Assembly (NCBI GenBank): GCA_949927415.1 | Contig: CATLFB010000007.1 | Coordinates: 24,412-88,411 of the forward strand | Direction of reading: 5' to 3' | Origin: an uncultured Candidatus Melainabacteria bacterium | GTDB lineage: Bacteria; Cyanobacteriota; Vampirovibrionia; Gastranaerophilales; Gastranaerophilaceae | DNA length: 64,000 nucleotides | Shown: positions 20,111 through 27,900 of the stretch, piece by piece | Numbering within the stretch: position 1 is the stretch's first letter | Layout: every line of letters starts with the position of its first letter | The notes under the pieces: generated by a model | Seen by the model: the letters and a program-made list of their open reading frames with translations, nothing else | Database searches by the model: none | What the model was told of the DNA's origin: nothing | Program-made: the position numbers and the translations under genes

Positions 20111-20382
20111 CTTTAGATGACAAACTTTTCACACTTAAATACAGACCTGATGATGTTTCGCATTTGCGACCGGATTTAGAAAAGTGCAAAGAATGCGTTT
20201 CAAAGGTTTGCACAACGATTTGTCCGGCAAAGGTTTACGAATGGAGCGAGGCGGAAGATAAGTTGATAATAAACTTTGAAAATTGTCTTGAATGCGGCGC
20301 CTGCAGGATTGTCTGCGAGAAAAAGTGTCTGGAATGGGAATATCCGAAGGGCACGAAGGGTGTGACGTTCAAGAACGGGTAG
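20089..20382 (+). CDS. fixX: FixX-like ferredoxin
   Basis: 97 aa. Cys clusters C-x2-C-x4-C-x3-CP and C-x2-C-x2-C-x3-C. Overlaps fixC. Confidence 0.8.
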   Translation: MEYFDKMTLDDKLFTLKYRPDDVSHLRPDLEKCKECVSKVCTTICPAKVYEWSEAEDKLIINFENCLECGACRIVCEKKCLEWEYPKGTKGVTFKNG

Positions 20383-20430
20383 AGGGACTCTCCCTCTCCT
20401 AATTTAGGAGAGGGTTGGGGTGAGGTTTTA
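20383..20430. repeat. solo copy of the CCCTCTCC/GGAGAGGG hairpin module
   Basis: CCCTCTCCT-AATTT-AGGAGAGGG followed by TTGGGGTGAGG, immediately after the fixX stop. It is related to modules at 40317-40400 and 50436-50515. Confidence 0.6.
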
Positions 20431-20478
20431 AAGTATATAAAAACATTTAAACATAAAAGATAAAGGAGACATTGGATT

Positions 20479-20856
20479 ATGAAAGAAGAGTACAGCAATC
20501 AGCATCGCAGATGGTATGACAAGGACCCTGTTTTATCACAGGCGGTTTCAACGCTTGAGCACAGCAGTGACGAAACTCAAATCAGAATTGCGTTGAACTT
20601 AATCAAGATTATCATCGAGCACAACATTGAAGACGAAAAATTCGAAGCGGTAGAAGATATTATCAACGCAGTAGGTTCAGGCCTTGACGACAACCGCAAA
20701 GGCCGCTGGTATGATATTGATTCGACACTTAGAACGGCAATGAACATGCTTCAAAATTGTCCGCCTGCAACCCAGCATTTGATTGCAAAAGAAATGGCAA
20801 AAATGGTTGTCGACAAAATCAAAACTGATGAAGATGAAAACGATGATGAGGAATAA
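20479..20856 (+). CDS. hypothetical acidic protein with internal duplication
   Basis: Two RWYD-led half-repeats (RRWYDKDPVLSQAV... and GRWYDIDSTLRTAM...). Acidic tail. A terminator follows. Confidence 0.6.
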   Translation: MKEEYSNQHRRWYDKDPVLSQAVSTLEHSSDETQIRIALNLIKIIIEHNIEDEKFEAVEDIINAVGSGLDDNRKGRWYDIDSTLRTAMNMLQNCPPATQHLIAKEMAKMVVDKIKTDEDENDDEE

Positions 20857-20862
20857 TTAAAA

Positions 20863-20888
20863 AAAGCGGGTTAATGACCCGCTTTTAT
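20863..20888 (+). terminator. rho-independent terminator
   Basis: AAGCGGGT / ACCCGCTT stem followed by a T-rich tract. Confidence 0.7.
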
Positions 20889-20992
20889 CTGCTTTGGGCT
20901 TTTTTTCGGGTGTAAAATTTATCGTCCGGCATGATTGTAAGATAGCAAAAAAATCTTTTCACATGTTTTGAATCTTCGGAAGGAGAAAAATC

Positions 20993-21121
20993 ATGATTCA
21001 AAACATTCAAAATGTAAATATATACAGATTAAATAACACATCTATTAATCACGGCAACAACACGACGGTTGTTGTAAATTCTATAAATTCAGATACAATT
21101 TCATTCAAAGGTAAAATGTAA
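20993..21121 (+). CDS. 42-codon SD-led ORF ending ...ISFKGKM-TAA; the frame stays open to 21298
   Basis: GGAAGGAG RBS 6 nt upstream of the ATG. The sequence after the TAA translates cleanly (EVFVDASTLSDLELLRDENPVIGFKGDGR). Confidence 0.4.
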   Translation: MIQNIQNVNIYRLNNTSINHGNNTTVVVNSINSDTISFKGKM

Positions 21122-21207
21122 GAAGTTTTTGTTGACGCGTCAACCCTGTCTGATCTTGAACTGCTGCGCGATGAAAATCCTGTAATCGGGTTCAAGGGTG
21201 ACGGCAG

Positions 21208-21603
21208 ATGGCTTCTGCCGAATTTAAGACTGACTGCCGTCAAAGATTCAATCTTTATATGCCTGATGGCAAACAACTCTCTTATCATAAAGGCATGAAC
21301 AACGATTTTGTCGTTTTTTCTTTGAAAAAGAACTGTTCAAATGAGAAAACATTATCTCATGTAAGACTTCCTTTCAACAATAAGCATAATGAAAGCGAAA
21401 AACTCATGAAAACCAGAAACGATAAGGTTCTAATGTTCAGAATAAATTTGAAAGATGACAAATACGGGCAGTTCAAAAAAGGACAGGTCGAAAAGCTTAT
21501 TAATAAAGGAAACGGCAATTTTGAAGAATCTCAACTATTCTCTCAGAGTGAAATCAAAGAAATTAACAGGATTCTCAAAGATTATCTTCCAAGCTTCTTT
21601 TAG
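21208..21603 (+). CDS. hypothetical protein (131 aa), possibly the 3' part of a disrupted gene starting at 20993
   Basis: Clean ORF with a terminator at 21640. No family recognised. Confidence 0.5.
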   Translation: MASAEFKTDCRQRFNLYMPDGKQLSYHKGMNNDFVVFSLKKNCSNEKTLSHVRLPFNNKHNESEKLMKTRNDKVLMFRINLKDDKYGQFKKGQVEKLINKGNGNFEESQLFSQSEIKEINRILKDYLPSFF

Positions 21604-21639
21604 AATCTCTTAAATTTCTGATTGAGCCAATTTTATTTC

Positions 21640-21675
21640 ATAACCCGGAACGAAAAATTTCCGGGTTATATTTGA
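21640..21675. terminator. bidirectional hairpin terminator
   Basis: ATAACCCGGAA / TTCCGGGTTAT 11-bp stem between convergent genes. Confidence 0.75.
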
Positions 21676-21739
21676 ATAAATTTATCCTTAATAATTGATT
21701 TTTCTATCCGGACTTATAATCCTTTTGCCCGAATTTTGG

Positions 21740-21970
21740 CTAGTTTCTGAAGTAGTCGCAGATTAATTTTTTTTTGCGCGGAAGAATTGATTTGATATTT
21801 TTCAGAAATTTGTTTTCATTCAACTCTTCAAGTTCTTTTTTCAGGATTGCCTTTTCCAAAACGACTTTGTTATAAAGATCGGAACAAATTGAACTCTTCT
21901 CGACATGCTCTTTTAATTTCGACAATTGAACTTCTTTTTCTTTTATGGATTTGATTAGTTCTTTTTTCAC
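21740..21970 (-). CDS. small coiled-coil hypothetical protein (GTG start)
   Basis: 76 aa, K/E-rich heptads. It lies downstream of the oxidoreductase operon. Weak AGAGG RBS. Confidence 0.4.
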   Translation of the reverse strand: MKKELIKSIKEKEVQLSKLKEHVEKSSICSDLYNKVVLEKAILKKELEELNENKFLKNIKSILPRKKKLICDYFRN

Positions 21971-22046
21971 TTTTTGAAGACCTCTTGAACTTTACCATAC
22001 AAGAATAATATCAATCTGAAATTTTGAAATCGACTTTTTAGTTGAT

Positions 22047-22598
22047 TTAAGCTTTTGCGGCTAATAAATCATACTCATAGCCTAGTTTCAAAGCCTTGAT
22101 ATTAAGCGGCAGAAGGTTCTTTCTGTGCGGCGGAAGAACTGTATCAAGCGCTTGTGTCAAATGTTCAAGCGAAATCATTTTTGTCGCTTTTGCAAGAACG
22201 CCCAGCGCAAGAATGTTTGCCATCTTAATATTTCCAAGTTCCTCTGCCAGTTTTGAAATCGGTGCGAAAAGATAATTTATATCGCTTCTGTTCTTCAATT
22301 CTTTAACAAGCGTAGAATTCGATATCATAATTCCGCCGTTTTTGATTTTTTTCATGAATTTATCAAAAGACGCCTGATTTAGCGCAACAATAAAATCTGT
22401 GTCAATTTTATTAACAGAACTTACGTCTTCATCACTGGTCACAATCTCGCAATTAACGGTTCCGCCGCGCATCTCGGCGCCGTAACTCGGGTACCACGTA
22501 ACTTTTTTACCGGCAAGCATGAATGCCGTTGCAAGAACTTCTCCGGCCAAAAGTACGCCCTGTCCGCCAAATCCTGCTATTATAAAATTCTTTTCCAT
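22047..22598 (-). CDS. 2-oxoacid:ferredoxin oxidoreductase, gamma subunit
   Basis: 183 aa with the GFGGQGVLLAG motif. It is the last gene of the delta-alpha-beta-gamma operon. Confidence 0.9.
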   Translation of the reverse strand: MEKNFIIAGFGGQGVLLAGEVLATAFMLAGKKVTWYPSYGAEMRGGTVNCEIVTSDEDVSSVNKIDTDFIVALNQASFDKFMKKIKNGGIMISNSTLVKELKNRSDINYLFAPISKLAEELGNIKMANILALGVLAKATKMISLEHLTQALDTVLPPHRKNLLPLNIKALKLGYEYDLLAAKA

Positions 22599-22753
22599 TT
22601 TTTTTAACCTCTTTATAAATATTCGTTTGGTGCCCAGATTAATCTCTGTCGCTTCGCTATTACTCTTATTTATCTTTTTTTGTAACTTTTTCGGAGAACG
22701 CTTGCTCCCGCTCGTATTATTCCACGAAATAATTTACCCTTCAGGCAAAAGAA

Positions 22754-23506
22754 TTATTCTTTTGTTGTCACATCCTTATAAACGCCCGGAACAAACACTT
22801 TCATCATTTCTTCACGAACTCTTTCATGTGCCTTGTCCGGTGACATTTTCCAGTTTGTCGGGCATGTCGAAAGTATTTCCACAAAACCCAATCCAAGACC
22901 CTGAAGTTGAACTTCAAAAGCCTTTTTAATCGCCTGCTTAGCTTTTCTTATGTTTGCCACCGTGTCAAGTGAAACGCGCGCCGAAAATGCCGTTCCGTCG
23001 CACAAAGCAACGTGTTCTGCAATTTTTATCGGATATCCGTAATATTCGATATTGCGGCCTGTTGGTGAAGTTGTTGTTTTCTGCCCGACAAGCGTTGTCG
23101 GCCCTAATTGTCCGCCGGTCATGCCGTAAGTTGTGTTGTTTATGCAGATTGCGCTTAAGTTTTCTCCGCGTAGTGCCGCATGCAAACTTTCTGCAAGCCC
23201 GATTGATGCAAAATCTCCGTCTCCCTGATATGTAAATACAAATTTGTCAGGTCTTGCGCGTTTAACACCCGTTGCAACCGCCAGCGCCCTTCCGTGAGGC
23301 GCCTCAATTGAATCAACGTTCAAAAAATCGTATGATGTTACCGAACATCCGATAGATGCCGCCAATATTGCTTTTTCCTGCAAGCCCAATTCATCAAGAA
23401 CTTCAGCCACAAGTCTAATTGCAACACCATGGTCACATCCCGGACAAAATGAATATTTCACGTTTTCCCTTAATGATTCGGGTATTTTAAAAACTTGTGT
23501 CGCCAT
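22754..23506 (-). CDS. 2-oxoacid:ferredoxin oxidoreductase, beta (TPP-binding) subunit
   Basis: CPGCDHG near the N-terminus and the TPP motif GDGD...NN. 250 aa. Confidence 0.9.
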   Translation of the reverse strand: MATQVFKIPESLRENVKYSFCPGCDHGVAIRLVAEVLDELGLQEKAILAASIGCSVTSYDFLNVDSIEAPHGRALAVATGVKRARPDKFVFTYQGDGDFASIGLAESLHAALRGENLSAICINNTTYGMTGGQLGPTTLVGQKTTTSPTGRNIEYYGYPIKIAEHVALCDGTAFSARVSLDTVANIRKAKQAIKKAFEVQLQGLGLGFVEILSTCPTNWKMSPDKAHERVREEMMKVFVPGVYKDVTTKE

Positions 23507-24573
23507 TATATTAAATCCTCAATTTGTGCTGCTATTTCTTCCGGTGCCGGAGGAGCTCCGACAGGTTTGTGAATAAGTTCTGTCGGTACTTTTCCGTTAA
23601 CTGCAAGTCTTACATCGTTCACCATCTGACCCATGTTGACTTCGACAGTTATGAATTTTTTAGTTTTTTCTGAAAGTTCCTGCAATCTTTTTGTCGGGAA
23701 CGGGAAAAGCGTTATTGGTCTGAAAAATCCCGCTTTAATTCCTTTTTCGCGGCAGATTTTCATCGCGGTTTTAACGTTTCTCGATGTGCTTCCGAAGCTT
23801 ACAAGAATAACATCCGCATCTTCCGTTCCGATTTCTTCCCATTCGGTTTCGTTTTCTTCGATTGCTCTGTATTTTTGATAAAGTTTTTCCAAAAATACAC
23901 ACTGATTTTCAGCCAAAGGTGCGTATGAACGGATAATTCTGCCATCTCGTCCTTTTGCCCCGTCAAGCGCCCAGTCTGAATTGTCGATTTTTTCATAAGG
24001 GTACCCGCCAAATTCCACCGGCTCCATCATTTGACCCAAAAGCCCGTCTGCCAGAAGAACTGTCGGATTTTTGTATTTGTGCGCCAGATAAAAGGCTTTG
24101 TAAGTCAAATCAACACATTCCTGAACTGTTGAAGGCGCTAAAACTATGAGTTTGTAATCCCCGTTTCCGCCGCCTTTTGTTGACTGGAAATAATCTCCCT
24201 GAGACGGATAAATGTTTCCGAGCCCCGGCCCGCCGCGCATAACGCTTACAAGAACAACCGGAAGTTCATCTGCCGTTGCGTAAGATAACGCTTCCTGCAT
24301 CAGAGCAACCGCACAGCTTGAAGATGAAGTCATTGCTTTTGCTCCGGTTGAACAGGCGCCCAATACCATATTGATTGCCGCAAGTTCGCTTTCTGCTGAA
24401 ACATAAGCTCTTTTAAGCTCCTGCATTTTTCCGCTCATAAATTCTCCGATTTCGCTCTGAGGCGTAATCGGATAGCCAAAATAGCATTCGCATCCGGCAT
24501 TAACTGCCGCTTGTGCGATTGCGTAATTTCCTTTTGTTAAAACTTTTTTATTTGTTACACATTGTGTTGTCAT
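23506..24573 (-). CDS. 2-oxoacid:ferredoxin oxidoreductase, alpha subunit
   Basis: GNYAIAQAAVNAGC...YPITPQSEI is typical of Kor/Vor/Por alpha subunits. The start is trimmed to the ATG at 24573. Confidence 0.9.
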   Translation of the reverse strand: MTTQCVTNKKVLTKGNYAIAQAAVNAGCECYFGYPITPQSEIGEFMSGKMQELKRAYVSAESELAAINMVLGACSTGAKAMTSSSSCAVALMQEALSYATADELPVVLVSVMRGGPGLGNIYPSQGDYFQSTKGGGNGDYKLIVLAPSTVQECVDLTYKAFYLAHKYKNPTVLLADGLLGQMMEPVEFGGYPYEKIDNSDWALDGAKGRDGRIIRSYAPLAENQCVFLEKLYQKYRAIEENETEWEEIGTEDADVILVSFGSTSRNVKTAMKICREKGIKAGFFRPITLFPFPTKRLQELSEKTKKFITVEVNMGQMVNDVRLAVNGKVPTELIHKPVGAPPAPEEIAAQIEDLI

Positions 24574-24575
24574 AA

Positions 24576-24788
24576 TTATCCTCTGTAAACTTCTTTTATC
24601 GCTAAATCCGGACAGCGGGTTGCGCACATGGCGCATCCGATACAGTTTTTATTAGGGTCAGAAAATTCCACAATGTGATTTCCGAGACTATTTGTTTCAC
24701 TGCTGATTTTTATAAGATTTTTCGGGCATTCTTTTATGCAAAGATAGCATGCTTTGCATTTGTCCCTGTCTATTACTATATGGCTCAT
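24576..24788 (-). CDS. 2-oxoacid:ferredoxin oxidoreductase, delta (2x[4Fe-4S]) subunit
   Basis: CKACYLCIKECP and CIGCAMCATRCP motifs. The start is trimmed to MSHIV behind GAAGAGG. Confidence 0.85.
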   Translation of the reverse strand: MSHIVIDRDKCKACYLCIKECPKNLIKISSETNSLGNHIVEFSDPNKNCIGCAMCATRCPDLAIKEVYRG

Positions 24789-24957
24789 TAACACCTCTTC
24801 AATACATGTCTTTAATATAATTATATCACTTAAACTCAAAACAAACCCATTTATCTTTACAATTGTAATAAAATCACTTAATAATTTGCTCTTTGTTTGG
24901 GGGTTCTGGTAAAATGTTACAGTAGGGATATTTTAAATTTATTAAGGAAAAGCGCAA

Positions 24958-27900
24958 ATGGCACAGACTGAAACAGATGAACTTTTAAATTCGATAAAAG
25001 CAGAGTACCAACTGAACAGTGAGATGTTTGGCAAAGCACTTACGGACATAAATTCAAAGCTTGAAGATATTGCACATGATAGTGCGGCAGCGGAGTTAAT
25101 GAATACGGGACTTCAGGATTTGACGGCTGAACTTGGCAACCGGCACCGGTTTATTTCGGAAAAGTTTGAGAATATTAAAGATTCATTTGAAATTTTGAAT
25201 CAGAATCAGGATTTGCTTGTTAAGAATTCCGATTTGAAAATAATGTTTAATATCCTTAATGAAAACGTGGATCATTTTGCGCATGAGCTTTCCGAACAAC
25301 AGGCTTTGATTAGCGATATGGAATCAAAGTTTACTGAATTCAGAAACGACACTTCAAGAAAAGATGAAATTATTCAGAATGTTTCTGTTGTAAAAGAGGG
25401 GATTGATGAGGTTAACAGAGGCTTGCAGGCTTCAATTATGGAGGTGAACTCAAACCTTCGCGGAATCACAAAAACTCTTATGACAATGGATGCAACAGAG
25501 CAGAACGATATTATGAAAAGGGAGTTGGAGAATATTTACCTTGCGGCAAATGCGGTTCTTTCTTCGATTCAGATTCTTGATCAGAAAAATGACGGGCTTG
25601 CGAAAAATATCGTTTGTAAAGATGATTTGATTAATCTTGCCGGAAAAATCGACAATTCATTTGCGATTGTTTCTGAGAGAATTGATTCTTATGAGAGTGG
25701 GTCGGTTGAGGATACGAAAAAAATTCTTGCTGAAATTGAAAAATGCAGAAGCGAATTTAACGGATTTAATGAAAATATAGTTGTGCGCCTTTCTGAATAT
25801 TTGAATTCAGTGAGGGATGTTCTGGCAAATTGTATTGATGAAATTAAGCAGAGTCAGGCGCTTTCGAATATCGAAAGCGACAGTATTGCGCGTCAGAAGT
25901 TTGAAAATCTTGAAAAACTTTCCGGTGAGATTAAGAATATCGATTCTGCGATTTCTACTCAAAACGACACTTATATCGGACTTGTTAATGACAAGATTAA
26001 GGAACTGGGTTCAGTTATCGGGGATTTCAAGACGTATTTCACGGAAATCCATGCGGGGGATGAAAATGCGCTGCAAATTAAATTTGACAGTTTGGACAAT
26101 TTGCTGGCTCAGGGAAATGCAATTTTGCAGGATAAATTCTCTGAACTTCAGGTGAAAGTTGAAAATGCTGTAAGCATTATTAATCAGTTTGCGGAAGATA
26201 ATAATATTAAACTCGGAAATTCGCTTTCTGAAATTTCTGACATCAAATCTGAGATTTCCCGGATTCTTGATAATATGACATCGTTCAATTCTCATCAGGA
26301 TGCGCATTTGACGCATATTGACGGAAGGTTGGAAGGTGATTTTGCCGAGTTGAAGAACAATTTGAACGGATTCTGCAGTAGTTTTGAGGCGTTAAAATAT
26401 AATCTTGAGCAGTCAAATATTGATAACCGTGAACTTTTAGCGGAAATTGTTGAAAGTGCTTCGGCTAAAACCCGCGAAATTGTTCAAAATCTGGCAAATT
26501 CTTCAGGGGAAAACGCGGCAAAAACTCTCAACATGCAGATGGAATTTTTGCAGGAACAGTTTAATGATTTGAAAAATGTTTTCACATCAATTGCGGCGCA
26601 AAATGTTCAAAATATTCTCTCTGTGATTGAAAACGCGTTTGGCAAGGTTGATGCGGCGGGCGAAAATCTTGCCGGTAAGTTTGATGAAAAATTTACGGAA
26701 GTTCGTGACTTGCTGGCTTTTTCCGGCAGTGAAAACAAGCAGCAGATTGCGGAACTCGGCGACAGAATTAATGCGGCTGCACAATTCAATACAGGTAATA
26801 TAATTTCCGGAATTGAAACTGTTTCATCAAAGATTGACATGATGGGGGTGGATTTATCTACTGAAATTGACAATAATTTTGAAATGGTAAGGGATTTTAT
26901 TGAAAAATCAAACGCGGATAAAGATCAGCATAACGCTGATATTACGGCGTTGTCTGACTGCATTAAAATTCTTGAGACAGAATTTACAAACAATACGGAA
27001 AAATTTAAAAATGTTCTGACCGAACAAATGGACAGCCTCGACAATTATATTTCTGTTCTAAAGGAATGCAATTCAAAAGAAGAGGAAGAAAATCCAAATA
27101 CGGAGGAATTCAACAAGCTTAATGAAAAAATGCTTGCGATAGAAACTGCGATGCATGAGGCAGGCGAAAATTTCAGCGATAATCTTATGATGGTTCAAAA
27201 TAAGATTGCGGATTATGCGCATGCGCTTGATGCTGTTTCTGATGAGACCGGCGAAAAGCTGGACAATTCGTTGATTGAAATTTCTTCTGTCAAATTTGAA
27301 CTTGTGAAAATTCTTGAAACACTTTCACAATCGGGTGAAGATGTTTCTTCAAAGGTTTCTGAAACCTTAAAAGATTTGATTGTAAAGTTTGAAGATATTG
27401 CAATGAATGTTACTGATATAAAATCAGATGTAAACAGCAATATTACATCTTCAATTCAGGAAAATTCCGCAATTATTGAAGAAAAATTCTTTATACTGCA
27501 GGAACTTTTGAATGACAACAACCTTCGAAACTTTGACAGAATAAGCGAGTGCGACGAAACTCTCAGAAATAAAATCGAAGATTTGAAACAGGAAATCGGA
27601 CTTATAAATACCGATATTACAGATATAATCACCGCCAGAACCGAATCTTTGACGTATGAATTCGCGCCGCTGAAAGAAGCGATTGATAAATTCCTCAATG
27701 AAGATTTTGACAAAATTATAGACGGCGTTAAATCCCAAATCGAACTTTCATACCTGAATTTTTCTGCGGATGTAAATGAAAATCTGACAGAAAACCATGA
27801 CAACTATGTTCAGTTGAATGAAGCTTATCAGACTTTGACAGGCAAGTTTGCGCTCGTTGAAGAAGTCATTAATGATTTGGTCCAAAACCAGATTGGCATA

